Part shown: positions 1-9,813 of the stretch, in pieces
How positions within the stretch are numbered: the stretch's first letter is position 1
Layout: each line of letters starts with the position of its first letter
Source of the DNA: Pseudomonas aeruginosa
GTDB lineage: Bacteria > Pseudomonadota > Gammaproteobacteria > Pseudomonadales > Pseudomonadaceae
DNA: 32,000 nucleotides
NCBI RefSeq assembly: GCF_001457615.1
Contig: NZ_LN831024.1
Coordinates: 2,700,001-2,732,000 of the forward strand
Direction of reading: 5' to 3'
The notes under the pieces: generated by a model
What the model was told of the DNA's origin: nothing
What the model saw: only the letters and a program-made list of their open reading frames with translations
Databases searched by the model: none
Translations under genes and position numbers: made by a program

Positions 1-369
1 GAGGCGTTCCTCACGGTGAGCCAGCCGGCCGAGCTGGACCGTCAGTTGGCTGCGGCCAAGGCCGAGGGACAATGGGTGCTGCTCGACTACTACGCTGACT
101 GGTGCGTGTCCTGCCGGATCATGGAGAAACAGGTGTTTGCCAAGCCCGATGTGCTCGCCGCCCTGCAGGGCGTGCGCCTGCTGCGGCTCGACGTGACCGC
201 GGATAACGCCGCCAGCCGCGAGCTGCTGCACCGCTACCAGGTACCCGGCCCGCCGAGCCTGATCTGGATCGGCCCGGAAGGCGAGGAGCGCCGCGCGCGC
301 CGGTTGACCGGCGAAGTCGACGCCGGCGGCTTCCTCGCCCATTGGCAGGCGACCCGGGAGCGCGGCTGA
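1..369 (+). CDS. dsbD: C-terminal thioredoxin-like domain of a DsbD-type thiol:disulfide interchange protein (5'-truncated by window)
   Basis: Frame open from base 1; WVLLDYYADWCVSCRIMEKQVF carries the CVSC active site and the typical DsbD C-terminal domain pattern; stop TGA 367-369. Confidence 0.85.
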   Translation, partial: EAFLTVSQPAELDRQLAAAKAEGQWVLLDYYADWCVSCRIMEKQVFAKPDVLAALQGVRLLRLDVTADNAASRELLHRYQVPGPPSLIWIGPEGEERRARRLTGEVDAGGFLAHWQATRERG

Positions 370-1205
370 TGCTGAGTTTTTCCCTGGGGCCGCTGGTGGT
401 CTCGCTGCAACACCTGCTGCTGTTCCTCGCCCTCGGCGCCGCGCTGCTCGGTGGTTGGCTGGCGGCGCGCGGCGGCGGGCGCAACGCCGAGCCGGTGCTG
501 TTCAACCTGTTGTTGCTCGGCCTGCTGGTGGCGCGCCTGGCCTTCGTGGTGCGCTACTGGCCGCAGTACCGTGGCGACTTCGCACAGATGCTGGATATCC
601 GCGATGGCGGTTTCCTCGCCTGGCCAGGCCTGCTCGCCGCCGTGCTCGGCGCGCTGTTCTGGGCCTGGCGGCGACCGGCGCTACGTCGCTCGCTGGGTGT
701 CGGCGCCAGCCTCGGACTGGCGTTCTGGCTGCTTGGCAGCCTGGGCCTGGGCATCTACGAGCGCGGTACGCGTCTGCCCGAACTGAGCCTGCGCAACGCC
801 GCCGGCGAGTCGGTGCAACTGGCCGATTTCCGGGGCCGCCCGCTGGTGATCAACCTCTGGGCCAGTTGGTGCCCGCCGTGTCGGCGTGAGATGCCGGTGC
901 TGCAACAGGCGCAGGCGGAGAATCCCGACGTGGTGTTCCTCTTCGCCAACCAGGGCGAGAGCGCCGAGACCGTGCGCCATTTCCTCCAGGGCGAGAACCT
1001 GCGCCTGGACAACCTGCTGTTCGACAACGGCGGGCAGCTTGGCCAGCAGGTCGGCTCGGTCGCCTTGCCCACCACCGTTTTCTACACCGCCGAGGGCCGC
1101 CTGCTGGGCAGCCATCTCGGCGAACTGTCCCGCGGCAGCCTGGCGCGCTACCTCGAAGCCTTCGAGCCGGCCGCTGCCGCCCCCGCAACCAGGAGTTCCG
1201 AATGA
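369..1205 (+). CDS. Membrane-anchored thioredoxin-like thiol:disulfide oxidoreductase (N-terminal TM region plus TlpA-like domain)
   Basis: ATG at 369 overlaps the dsbD stop; several hydrophobic helices, then GRPLVINLWASWCPPCRREMPVLQQ with a CPPC motif. Confidence 0.85.
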   Translation: MLSFSLGPLVVSLQHLLLFLALGAALLGGWLAARGGGRNAEPVLFNLLLLGLLVARLAFVVRYWPQYRGDFAQMLDIRDGGFLAWPGLLAAVLGALFWAWRRPALRRSLGVGASLGLAFWLLGSLGLGIYERGTRLPELSLRNAAGESVQLADFRGRPLVINLWASWCPPCRREMPVLQQAQAENPDVVFLFANQGESAETVRHFLQGENLRLDNLLFDNGGQLGQQVGSVALPTTVFYTAEGRLLGSHLGELSRGSLARYLEAFEPAAAAPATRSSE

Positions 1206-1972
1206 GACTGCCGCGCAACCTGATCACCCTTGGCCTGGGCCTGACCCTCCTCAACGCCGGCCTGGCCACGGCGGCGGAGGAGCTGCCGGCGCCGATCCGC
1301 ATGGTCCAGGAGAAGGGCGCCCGCATCCTCGGCAGCTTCGACGCCCCGGATGGCCTGCGCGGATACGCCGCCGAATACCAGAACCAGGGCATGGCGCTGT
1401 ACCTGACGCCCGACGGCAAGCACGTACTCACCGGCCACCTGTTCGACGCCCAGGGCAAGGACCTCAGCCGCGAACCGCTGGAGCGCCTGGTGTATGCGCC
1501 GCTGGCCAAGGAAATGTGGCAGAAGATGGAGCAGAGCGCCTGGATCGCCGATGGCCGTGCCGACGCGCCGCGCGTGGTCTACCTGTTCAGCGACCCGAAC
1601 TGCCCGTACTGCACCATGTTCTGGGAGCAGGCGCGACCCTGGGTGGATGCCGGCAAGGTGCAGTTGCGGCATATCATGGTCGGCATCATTCGCGAGGACA
1701 GCGAAGCCAAGTCCGCTGCGCTGCTGGCCAGCAAGGACCCGCAGAAGGCCCTGCACGACCATGAGCAGGCGGGCAAGGCCAGCACCCTGAAGCCGCTTGC
1801 GAAGATCCCGGCGGCGGTGCGCAAGCAGCTCGCCGGCAACATGGAACTGATGGAGTCGATGGGCGCCGCGGCGACCCCGGCGATCTTCTATCTCAATGCC
1901 GAGGGGCGCATGCAGCAGCAACAGGGCGCGCCGCAGCCGGACCAGTTGGCGGAGATCCTCGGTCCGCGTTGA
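1202..1972 (+). CDS. dsbG: Periplasmic disulfide isomerase/thiol-disulfide oxidase DsbG
   Basis: Signal peptide; VVYLFSDPNCPYCTMFWEQARPWVDAGKVQLRHIMVGI is typical DsbC/DsbG; overlaps the upstream stop. Confidence 0.9.
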   Translation: MRLPRNLITLGLGLTLLNAGLATAAEELPAPIRMVQEKGARILGSFDAPDGLRGYAAEYQNQGMALYLTPDGKHVLTGHLFDAQGKDLSREPLERLVYAPLAKEMWQKMEQSAWIADGRADAPRVVYLFSDPNCPYCTMFWEQARPWVDAGKVQLRHIMVGIIREDSEAKSAALLASKDPQKALHDHEQAGKASTLKPLAKIPAAVRKQLAGNMELMESMGAAATPAIFYLNAEGRMQQQQGAPQPDQLAEILGPR

Positions 1973-2044
1973 TCCTCCGGGCCGGCGCCGAGCCGCCGGC
2001 CATCTATACTCCCTGCGTTACGCCAACCCAGCGGAGCGAGGGCC

Positions 2045-3379
2045 ATGGACGACGCATTCAGCGAGGAAGGCAGCGCGCAGCCGCGCCATGACGCTCAGCG
2101 TCCGGCGCTGGCCTCGCGGAGCGACGGTTTCGACATCCACACCTACCATCCCGACTTCGTCGCCGATCCCTATCCGCTGTTGCGGCTGATCCGCTCCCGT
2201 GCGCCGGTCTGCCGCGACCAGGCCTCGATCTGGTGGATCAGTCGCTATGCCGATGTCTCGGCGTGCCTGCGCGACCGCCGTTTCTCCGCCGACCCCGCTC
2301 GCCTTGGCGCCGCCGGCGTCCGCCAGGGCGGCGCCAGCTGGTTCGGCCACCAGCAATTGCAACCGCTGGCGCGCTTCTACGACAACTTCATGCTGTTCAA
2401 TGACGCGCCGCGGCACACCCGCCTGCGCAGGCTGTTCGCTCCGGCCTTCGGCCCCGACGCCGTGCGCCGCTGGGAGGCGTGCATCGAGGCGCTGGTGGAA
2501 GAGCTCCTCGACAGCTTGCTGGAGCGCCGCGAGCCCGATCTGCTCAGGGACTTCGCCGAACCGCTGACGATCCGGGTGGCCGCCGAGCTGTTCGGCTTTC
2601 CCCGCGAAGATACCGGGCAACTGCTGCCCTGGGGCCGCGACCTGGCCGCCGGGCTCGATCTCGCCGCCAGCCACGGCGATGCCGGGCAGATCAACCGCAG
2701 CGCGGCCGCCTTCAGCGACTACCTGCAACGCCAGGCGCGCGGCTGGAGCGATGGCTCTTCGCACCCGCCGCCCGGCGCGGCGCCGAGCATCCTCGACGGC
2801 GCCGCGATGCTGGAGGCCGGACTGGGCCTCGAGGACCTGGTGGCGGCCTATGCCATGGTGTTCATGGCCGCGTTCGAAACCACCATCAGCATGGTCGGCA
2901 ACGCTACGCTGGCGCTGCTCACCCATCCCGACCAGCTCGATCTGCTGCGGCGGTGCCCGGAGCTGGCGGCGAACGCGGTGGAGGAACTGCTGCGCTTCGA
3001 TGGCGCGGTGCGCGGCGGCGTGCGTTGCACCCTGGAGGAGGTGGAGATCGGCGGCCAGCGGATTCCGCCTGGAGAGAAGGTCTGGCTGAGCTTCCTCGCG
3101 GCGAACCGCGACCCGGAGATGTTCGCCGCCCCCGACCGCCTGCAATTGCAGCGAGCGAACGCCAAGCAGCACGTGGCGTTCGCCCATGGTCCGCACTACT
3201 GCCTGGGCGCGTACCTGGCCCGGCTCGAATTGCAATGCGCATTGCGCGGCCTGGTGCGTCGCCGTTTCGCCCTGGCCTCGGAACCGAGGGACCTGCGCTG
3301 GCGGCGCAGCTCGGTGTTCCGCACCCTGGAGCGCTTGCCGATCGTCCCGGAAGGCGACGCTCAGAAGACCTGCGAGTAG
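2045..3379 (+). CDS. Cytochrome P450
   Basis: Cys-ligand loop VAFAHGPHYCLGAYLARLELQCAL, K-helix-like EELLRFDGAVRG, I-helix region AAYAMVFMAAFETTISM. Confidence 0.92.
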   Translation: MDDAFSEEGSAQPRHDAQRPALASRSDGFDIHTYHPDFVADPYPLLRLIRSRAPVCRDQASIWWISRYADVSACLRDRRFSADPARLGAAGVRQGGASWFGHQQLQPLARFYDNFMLFNDAPRHTRLRRLFAPAFGPDAVRRWEACIEALVEELLDSLLERREPDLLRDFAEPLTIRVAAELFGFPREDTGQLLPWGRDLAAGLDLAASHGDAGQINRSAAAFSDYLQRQARGWSDGSSHPPPGAAPSILDGAAMLEAGLGLEDLVAAYAMVFMAAFETTISMVGNATLALLTHPDQLDLLRRCPELAANAVEELLRFDGAVRGGVRCTLEEVEIGGQRIPPGEKVWLSFLAANRDPEMFAAPDRLQLQRANAKQHVAFAHGPHYCLGAYLARLELQCALRGLVRRRFALASEPRDLRWRRSSVFRTLERLPIVPEGDAQKTCE

Positions 3380-4272
3380 CGCAGGATCAGCCGGCTGCCC
3401 TCGCTGCGGTTGCGTGCGCCGTATTCGTGATGGGCGTTGAGGAACAGCCGCGACTTGCCCCAGCCGAACATCAGCGCCGGGCCGATGGCATCGACCCGCT
3501 CGCGGGAGTCCGGGCGGTCGTGGCCGTCGACCCGCTCGTCGGTGATCTGTCGCAGGCTGTAGCCGGACAACCCGAGCCGCCAATGCGCATCCAGCGCCAG
3601 CGATACCGAGTAGTTGGCGTGGAACGCCTGGCCCGGTTGCAGGTAGTCGTCGGCCAACGGCGGCGCCGGGTCGCGATTCTTGCCCGGCAACAGGTACTGC
3701 AGGCGAGCGCTGGCTTCCCAGCCTTCGGCGAATTCCCAGGTCAGCGCGTAGTGCGGGTTGAAGCTCCAGTGGTTGCTGCCGGGATTTATCGCCCGATGCC
3801 TGTCGTAGCGCCCGGTGGGTAACTGGAAGGCGAGGTTCAGGCGCTGCCAGTAGGGCCGGCCGAACAGCTCGGTCTGCGGCCATTGCAGGATGAACGGACT
3901 GACGATCAGGTTGCCGAGGCCGTTGGCGCTGCCGGCGTGGGGTTCGAAGTCGGGATCGGCGAGCAGCACCGGGACGAGGATTTCCGCGCCGTAGTAGGCG
4001 CCGAACAGCTGGTGCTGGCTGATGTGGGCGAAGTGGCTGGTGGCGAGCAGGGTGCGCAGGCGGTTGTCGAGCGGGCGCCGGTGACCGTTGGCGTCCATGA
4101 AGTCGTCGGCCTCGTAGATATTCACGAACTGCTGGAACAGCGTGCCGGGCAGGGCCTTGCCGTCGAGGAAGGAGGTCTGGCCGAGGTTCATCCCCGGCAG
4201 CGCGGCGATAGCCTGGAACGGAGGCAGCAGCAGGGGCAGGGCCAGCAGGCTGGCCCGGATGCGGGTGGTCAT
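3361..4272 (-). CDS. Outer-membrane beta-barrel/transporter-like protein (phenol/meta-pathway porin-like family), end of the gentisate cluster
   Basis: Signal peptide MTTRIRASLLALPLLLPPFQAIA; alternating amphipathic beta segments; LPTGRYD and SFNPHYALTWEF pattern typical of the family; start placed at the internal ATG at 4272. Confidence 0.7.
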   Translation of the reverse strand: MTTRIRASLLALPLLLPPFQAIAALPGMNLGQTSFLDGKALPGTLFQQFVNIYEADDFMDANGHRRPLDNRLRTLLATSHFAHISQHQLFGAYYGAEILVPVLLADPDFEPHAGSANGLGNLIVSPFILQWPQTELFGRPYWQRLNLAFQLPTGRYDRHRAINPGSNHWSFNPHYALTWEFAEGWEASARLQYLLPGKNRDPAPPLADDYLQPGQAFHANYSVSLALDAHWRLGLSGYSLRQITDERVDGHDRPDSRERVDAIGPALMFGWGKSRLFLNAHHEYGARNRSEGSRLILRYSQVF

Positions 4273-4313
4273 GGGCGTGTCCTTCTTGTTGTTGTTTTCC
4301 ACGGGGCAGCGCG

Positions 4314-4958
4314 TCAGTCCGGCAGGTAGTCGGGCTGGCGCTCGGGGCTGGCGCGCTGGAAGGCTTCGAGCGCCAGGCAGCGCCCCTCCAGTTCGAGCAA
4401 CGCCGGGTAGGGCGCCAGGTCACAGCCCATGCGCCGGGCGTTGGCCAGTTGCGGTACCAGGCAGCACTCGACGATGCCCGCTGCGGCGCCGGCGAAGAAG
4501 GCGCCGCGACGGTGTCGGTTCAGCAGGGTCTCCGCCGCCGCCAGGCCCTCGGCGACCCAGTGCGCGTACCAGCGCTGGCGGTCCTCGGCGTCTATGCCGA
4601 GGACCTGGGTCAGGTACTTGAGCACCCGCACGTTGTTCAGCGGATGGATGTCGCAGGCCACCAGCAGGGCCAGTTCCAGCGCCTGGGCGCGATGCAGTGG
4701 GTCGAGAGGGATCAGGCGCGGTTCGGGCTGCACGGCATCGAGATAGTCGATGATCGCCAGCGACTGGCTGAACCGACGGCCGTCGGCGTCGACCAGGGTC
4801 GGCAGCGCGCCCATCGGGTTGCGCTGGCGGTCGGCCGGGCGCAGTTGCTCGCCCTGCCGCAGGTTGACCGGCACTACCTGGTAATCCAGACCTTTCAGGG
4901 CCAATGCGATACGCACCCGATAGGACGTGGAGCTGTTGAAGAAGCTGTAGAGCTGCAT
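4314..4958 (-). CDS. Glutathione S-transferase family protein, probable maleylpyruvate/maleylacetoacetate isomerase
   Basis: MQLYSFFNSSTSYRVRIALALKGLDYQVVPVNL...GALPTLVDADGRRFSQSLAIIDYLD: zeta-class GST with SSxSxRVRIAL motif; located in a gentisate cluster. Confidence 0.85.
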   Translation of the reverse strand: MQLYSFFNSSTSYRVRIALALKGLDYQVVPVNLRQGEQLRPADRQRNPMGALPTLVDADGRRFSQSLAIIDYLDAVQPEPRLIPLDPLHRAQALELALLVACDIHPLNNVRVLKYLTQVLGIDAEDRQRWYAHWVAEGLAAAETLLNRHRRGAFFAGAAAGIVECCLVPQLANARRMGCDLAPYPALLELEGRCLALEAFQRASPERQPDYLPD

Positions 4959-4970
4959 GGAAAGTCCTGT

Positions 4971-6317
4971 TCAGAGAGTGGTGGGAGAAGGCCTGGCCCG
5001 GCGCCGGCCCAGGCGATGCACGGCCACGGCGGCGAGCAGCGCCGGGATCACCAGCAGGGCGAGGATGCCGCTGAAGCCCAGGCCCAGGCCGAGCAGGGCG
5101 CCGCCGCTAAGGGAGCCGACGATCGAGCCGATGCGGCCCAGGCCGAGGGCCCAGCTGACCCCGGTGGCGCGGCTGCGGGTCGGATAGAAATCGGCGGCCA
5201 GGGCGTTGGCGCCGACCTGCGAGCCGCTGATGCAGAAACCGACGCCGGCGACGCACAGCGCCAGCAGGGCGAAGCTGTGGTAGAGGCTGGCGATGCCGAG
5301 GATGAACAGGGCGCCGCCGACGTAGGCCAGGCTCAGCACCCGGTGCGCGTCGAAGCGATCCATGGCGCTGCCCAGGAGGAGTGCGCCGAGGGTGCCGCCG
5401 AGCTGGAACATGGCGCTGATCGTCGCCGCCTCGCCGAGACTGAAGCCGGTGCCGCCGATCAGCGTCGGCAGCCAGTTGGTCAGCAGGTAGATGATCAGCA
5501 GGCCCATGAAAAAGGTGGCCCAGAGCAGCAGGGTGCCGCCGCGCAGCTCGGCGCCGAGGATCTGCCGCAGGGGCGAGGTGCCGTCGGACTCGTCGGCGGG
5601 CAGTTCGAGGCGTCCGGCCCAGCCGTCGGGCAGGCGCCCCAGGCGTTCGAGGATGCGCCGCAGGCGCGCCGCGTCCGGTGCGCGGCGGGCGAGGAAGCGC
5701 ACCGACTCCGGCAGGCATGCCCAGAGCAGCGGCAGGCTCGCCAGGGGCAGGCCGCCGCCGAGCAGCAGCACGCTTTCCCAGCCCAACGCCGGGACCATCC
5801 GCGCGGCGAGCAGGCCGCCCAGCGCCGAGCCGAGGGTGAAGCCGCAGAACATCGCGGTGACCATCAGCGCGCGGTGCCGGCGCGGGCAGTATTCGGAGGT
5901 CAGGGTGATCGCGTTGGGCATCGCCCCGCCCAGGCCGAGGCCGGTGAAAAAGCGCAGCAGGGCCAGGGTTTCCACCGAACCGGCGTAGGCCGAGGCGAGG
6001 CTCCAGCCGCCGAAGAACAGCACCGAGAGCAGGAGCACGCTCTTGCGTCCGAAACGGTCGGCCAGCGGGCCGGCGGCGAAGGCGCCGAGGGCCAGGCCGG
6101 CCAGCGCGGCGCCGAGGATCGGGCTGAGTTGCGCCGGGCTCAGTTGCCAGTCGTGGGCCAGGGCCGGGGCGATGAAGCCGATGGCGGCGGTGTCGAATCC
6201 GTCCATGGCGACGATCAGGAAGCACAGCGACAGGACTCGCAACTGGAAGGCGGAAACCGCCTGCGCATCGATGAAAGCCTGGACGTCGATCTTGTTGTTC
6301 TTGTCGGGCGTAGGCAT
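4971..6317 (-). CDS. MFS transporter, aromatic acid:H+ symporter type (probable gentisate or related aromatic acid uptake)
   Basis: 12-TM pattern; DGFDTAAIGFIAPAL and GPLADRFGRKSVLLLSVLFFGG match AAHS-family signatures. Confidence 0.87.
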   Translation of the reverse strand: MPTPDKNNKIDVQAFIDAQAVSAFQLRVLSLCFLIVAMDGFDTAAIGFIAPALAHDWQLSPAQLSPILGAALAGLALGAFAAGPLADRFGRKSVLLLSVLFFGGWSLASAYAGSVETLALLRFFTGLGLGGAMPNAITLTSEYCPRRHRALMVTAMFCGFTLGSALGGLLAARMVPALGWESVLLLGGGLPLASLPLLWACLPESVRFLARRAPDAARLRRILERLGRLPDGWAGRLELPADESDGTSPLRQILGAELRGGTLLLWATFFMGLLIIYLLTNWLPTLIGGTGFSLGEAATISAMFQLGGTLGALLLGSAMDRFDAHRVLSLAYVGGALFILGIASLYHSFALLALCVAGVGFCISGSQVGANALAADFYPTRSRATGVSWALGLGRIGSIVGSLSGGALLGLGLGFSGILALLVIPALLAAVAVHRLGRRRARPSPTTL

Positions 6318-6394
6318 GAGCGTTCCTCGGCCGTCGCCTTGGCGACAGCCCGGATGAAGGGCAGGGTGGGCCCGCGCCGTGCGCGGGCGGTGGG

Positions 6395-7093
6395 TCAGAC
6401 CACGCGGACGCTGAGTTCGCCGAGGCCGTCGATGGCGCCGAGCATCCGCTCGCCGCGCTCGACCGCGCCGACGCCTTCCGGGGTGCCGGTGAAGACCAGG
6501 TCGCCGGGGCGCAGCTCGAAGAAGCGCGACAGGTAGCTGACGGTTTCCGCCACCGACCAGATCAACTGGTCGATGTCGCTGCGCTGGCGATCCTCGCCGT
6601 CGACCTGGAGGCTGATGGCGGCGTGGCGCGGATGGCCGACCTGGCTGGCAGGGTAGAGCGGGCCGATCGGCGCCGAGCGGTCGAAGGCCTTGCCGATCTC
6701 CCAGGGCCGGCCCATCTCGCGCATGCGCATCTGCAGGTCGCGGCGGGTCATGTCCAGGCCCACCGCGTAGCCCCAGACGTGTTCCTCGGCCTGCTCCAGG
6801 GGGATGTCGCAGCCGCCCTTGCCGATCGCCGCCACCAGTTCGATCTCGTAGTGGTAGTTGCCGGTCTGGCTCGGGTAGGCCAGCTCCAGGGTGCTGCCGG
6901 CGGCGACCGGGACCACCGCGTCGGCCGGCTTGCAGAAGAAGAACGGCGGCTCGCGCTCGGGATCGAAGCCCATTTCCCGGGCGTGGGCGGCGTAGTTGCG
7001 GCCGACGCAGTAGACCCGCCGCACCGGGAAGGTCTGGTCGCTGCCATGGATGGTGAGGCTGACGGGTGCTTCGGGCGCGAAGAGATGGTTCAT
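6395..7093 (-). CDS. Fumarylacetoacetate hydrolase family protein, probable fumarylpyruvate hydrolase
   Basis: RVYCVGRNYAAHAREMG, NYHYEIELV, GLDMTRRDLQ, GDLVFTGTPEGVGAVERGE are FAH-fold signatures. Confidence 0.9.
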   Translation of the reverse strand: MNHLFAPEAPVSLTIHGSDQTFPVRRVYCVGRNYAAHAREMGFDPEREPPFFFCKPADAVVPVAAGSTLELAYPSQTGNYHYEIELVAAIGKGGCDIPLEQAEEHVWGYAVGLDMTRRDLQMRMREMGRPWEIGKAFDRSAPIGPLYPASQVGHPRHAAISLQVDGEDRQRSDIDQLIWSVAETVSYLSRFFELRPGDLVFTGTPEGVGAVERGERMLGAIDGLGELSVRVV

Positions 7094-7105
7094 GGGACGG
7101 GTCCT

Positions 7106-8167
7106 TCAGTGGGCGAGGGTTTCGCGGGATTCGCGGAGGATGCCGAGCGCCTGCTGCACAGGGCGGTCGGAGAAACTGAACAGCACGCAGTCGGTGGCGC
7201 CGGCTTCCAGGCGCAGCTCGGCCCAGGAGGGCACGACGAACAGATCCTTGGCCTCGAAGGCGAAGCGCCGGCCGCCGATCTGCGCCACGCCGCTGCCTTC
7301 CACCACCGAATAGACGCTGGCGTCGGTGCTGCGCGCGGGCTGCCCGAGGAAGCCGGCCGGCAGCAGTTGCAGGCAGGTGGCGATGGTCGGCATGGCCCAG
7401 CCGCCGGTGGCCGGGTTGACGTAGCGCAGCTTGTGGCCTTCCCAGGGATCGGGCCGTTCGAGGCGCGCCAGGCGCTCGAGGGCCTCGCGGCTGCGCGCGT
7501 AGGGGTAGCTGAACAGCGGCGAGGTCGGCGTCGTCGGCTGATGGCGCAGCGGCAGCATGTTGCTGCCGTAGCGGGCGAGGCTGTCGCCTTCGCCACGTCG
7601 CAACGGCTGTACCGGTTCGTCATGGTTTTCGGCGAAGGTGGCGCCGAAGAAACGCAGCATCGGGATGTCCAGGCCGTCCAGCCAGACCACCGGCTCGCCG
7701 CCTTCTGCGGCGGCGCGGTTGCCGTGGTCGTGCCAGGTCCAGGACGGGGTGATGATGAAGTCGCCCGGCTCCATGCGGGTGCGTTCGCCGTCCACCGAGG
7801 TGTAGGCGCCGTAGCCCTCGACGACGAAGCGCAGGGCCGACTGGGTGTGCCGGTGGCTGGGGGCGATCTCGCCCGGCAGGATCAGTTGCAGGCCGGCGTA
7901 GAGGCTCGGGGTGATCGCCGACTGGCCGGGAAGGTCCGGGTTCTCCAGCACCAGCACGCGGCGCACCGCTTCCTCGGCGCTGATCAGGTCGCCTGCCTCG
8001 AGCAGGAACGGGCGCAGTTCGCGATAGCGCCACAGCGCCGCCTGGCAGCCGCCGGCGGGTTGCGCCGGGACCAGGCTGTGCAGGGCTTCCCAGAGCGGGG
8101 TGAGGTGCTGCTGGCGGATGCGTCGATAGAAGTCGGCGCGCTTCTCGGTGGAATTGTCGTTATGCAT
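7106..8167 (-). CDS. gtdA: Gentisate 1,2-dioxygenase
   Basis: Bicupin: [54 protein letters not shown]. Confidence 0.93.
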   Translation of the reverse strand: MHNDNSTEKRADFYRRIRQQHLTPLWEALHSLVPAQPAGGCQAALWRYRELRPFLLEAGDLISAEEAVRRVLVLENPDLPGQSAITPSLYAGLQLILPGEIAPSHRHTQSALRFVVEGYGAYTSVDGERTRMEPGDFIITPSWTWHDHGNRAAAEGGEPVVWLDGLDIPMLRFFGATFAENHDEPVQPLRRGEGDSLARYGSNMLPLRHQPTTPTSPLFSYPYARSREALERLARLERPDPWEGHKLRYVNPATGGWAMPTIATCLQLLPAGFLGQPARSTDASVYSVVEGSGVAQIGGRRFAFEAKDLFVVPSWAELRLEAGATDCVLFSFSDRPVQQALGILRESRETLAH

Positions 8168-8215
8168 ACCGATGAATCTCCGGCGGGAGGAGGCGGGGCC
8201 GCCTCGGTCTGGTAG

Positions 8216-8250
8216 TCATTATTCGAGGTGAAGGCATAACCGAATAATGA
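8216..8250. promoter_or_regulatory. Perfect 10-bp inverted repeat with 15-nt spacer in the divergent gtdA / LysR region; candidate LysR operator
   Basis: TCATTATTCG (8216-8225) and CGAATAATGA (8241-8250) are exact reverse complements. Confidence 0.6.
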
Positions 8251-8291
8251 TATTTAGACATCGACCTATACGTATTCGAGGATGGCTTGCG

Positions 8292-9206
8292 ATGGACTGG
8301 ACCCGCCGCCTGCGCCTGCAACACCTGCAACTGCTGGTCAGCCTGATGGAGACCGGCAACCTCAGCGGCACCGCCCGGGCCGCACACACCACCCAACCGG
8401 GCCTGTCGAAGTGGCTCAAGGAACTGGAGGAGGACGTCGGCGCGCCGCTGTTCGAGCGTCACGCCCGTGGCCTGCGCCCGACGCCCTATGGCATGACCCT
8501 GTTCAACCACGCCCAGCGCGTACTCACCGAGATGGAGCGGGCGCGGCAGAACCTCGAGGCGATGCGCAGCGGCAGCGGCAGCCGGGTGCTCCTTGGCACG
8601 TCGCCGGCCTCCGCGCCGAGCCTGGTGCCGCGCGCATTGCGGGCGTTCCTCGGACGCTACCCCGGGGCCCAGGTGGAACTGCTCGAAGGCACCATGAACG
8701 GCCTTCTCGAACGGCTGGAGAAACGCCAGCTCGATGTGGTGGTGGGGCGCCTGGACAACTATGCGCCGCGCGCCAGCCTGCGCTGCGAGGTGCTCTACAG
8801 CGAGGCGATCGTGGTGATGGCGCGCCCCGGTCACCCCCTGGCCCAGGCCGCCGCGCTGGACTGGGAAGACGTGCGGCGCTACGACTGGATCGTCTGGCCG
8901 CCCGGCTCGCCGATCCGCAGCAAGCTCGACATGGCCCTGACCCAGGGCGGCCGGCAGCCGCCGGCCTACCGCCTGGAGTCATCGTCGATGCTGGCCAACA
9001 TCGAATTGTTGCGTGGCAGCGACATGCTGTCCATCGGCTCGGCGCGGGTGGTCGAGCACCTTGCCGGGCTCGGCCTGGTGGCCAGGCTGGCGCTGGAGAT
9101 TCCCGGCGAGGGCGCGGTGGGCATGTGCTGGCGCGACGAACCGCACCGCGACCGTGCCAGCGAAGACCTGCTGGCCTGCCTGCGCGAAGGCGCGGCGGCC
9201 GAGTAG
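8292..9206 (+). CDS. LysR-family transcriptional regulator, divergent from the gentisate cluster
   Basis: MDWTRRLRLQHLQLLVSLMETGNLSGTARAAHTTQPGLSKWLKELEEDVGAPLFERHARG: LysR wHTH; internal Met start chosen. Confidence 0.9.
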   Translation: MDWTRRLRLQHLQLLVSLMETGNLSGTARAAHTTQPGLSKWLKELEEDVGAPLFERHARGLRPTPYGMTLFNHAQRVLTEMERARQNLEAMRSGSGSRVLLGTSPASAPSLVPRALRAFLGRYPGAQVELLEGTMNGLLERLEKRQLDVVVGRLDNYAPRASLRCEVLYSEAIVVMARPGHPLAQAAALDWEDVRRYDWIVWPPGSPIRSKLDMALTQGGRQPPAYRLESSSMLANIELLRGSDMLSIGSARVVEHLAGLGLVARLALEIPGEGAVGMCWRDEPHRDRASEDLLACLREGAAAE

Positions 9207-9250
9207 GGCGCCGGCCGGCGGGTGCTATTGCAAAAAGGCCGCGGCTTCTC

Positions 9251-9269
9251 GACAATGCGATTCATTATC
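9251..9269. promoter_or_regulatory. Candidate Fur box upstream of foxI
   Basis: GACAATGCGATTCATTATC matches 15/19 of GATAATGATAATCATTATC (counted by eye). Confidence 0.7.
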
Positions 9270-9294
9270 ATTCATGTGTCGCCCCGACTTTCCC

Positions 9295-9813
9295 ATGTCC
9301 GCCCCGATCCTTCTCAGCGCCCACCATCGCGCCATGCATGCGCTGTACAGCGAGCACCATGGCTGGTTGCAGAACTGGCTGCGCGGCAAGCTGGGCTGCG
9401 CGGCGGACGCGGCGGACCTGGCCCAGGACACCTTCCTGCGCATCCTGCTCAAGCGCGAACTGCGCGAGATCGGCATGCCGCGCGCGTTCCTGCGGACCAT
9501 CGCCCGCGGCCTGGTGATCGACCACTGGCGTCGCGAGGAACTGCAGCGCGCCTACCTCGAAAGCATCGCCCACCTGCCCGAGGCACAGGCGCCGTCGCCC
9601 GAGGCGCGGGAACTGGTGCTGGAACTGCTGGAGGAAATCTCGCGGATGCTCGACGGGCTCAAGCCGAAGGTCCGCACCGCCTTCCTCCTGGCCCAGTGCG
9701 AAGACCTCAGCCACCGGCAGATCGCCGAACGCATGGGGGTTTCCCAGCGTAGCGTCGAGCGCTACGTGGCCGAGGCGCTGTACCACTGCTACCTGCTGCG
9801 CTACGGCGAATGA
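9295..9813 (+). CDS. foxI: ECF sigma factor, iron-starvation type (FoxI-like)
   Basis: LYSEHHGWLQNWLRGKLGCAADAADLAQDTFLRIL...LSHRQIAERMGVSQRSVERYVAEALYHCY: FecI-type sigma; followed by FecR and TonB receptor. An alternative start exists at 9274. Confidence 0.88.
   Translation: MSAPILLSAHHRAMHALYSEHHGWLQNWLRGKLGCAADAADLAQDTFLRILLKRELREIGMPRAFLRTIARGLVIDHWRREELQRAYLESIAHLPEAQAPSPEARELVLELLEEISRMLDGLKPKVRTAFLLAQCEDLSHRQIAERMGVSQRSVERYVAEALYHCYLLRYGE

Noticed and set aside
2018-4423. 801-aa minus-strand ORF across the P450 and barrel gene
   Set aside because: Overlaps two well-supported genes; no domain signature.
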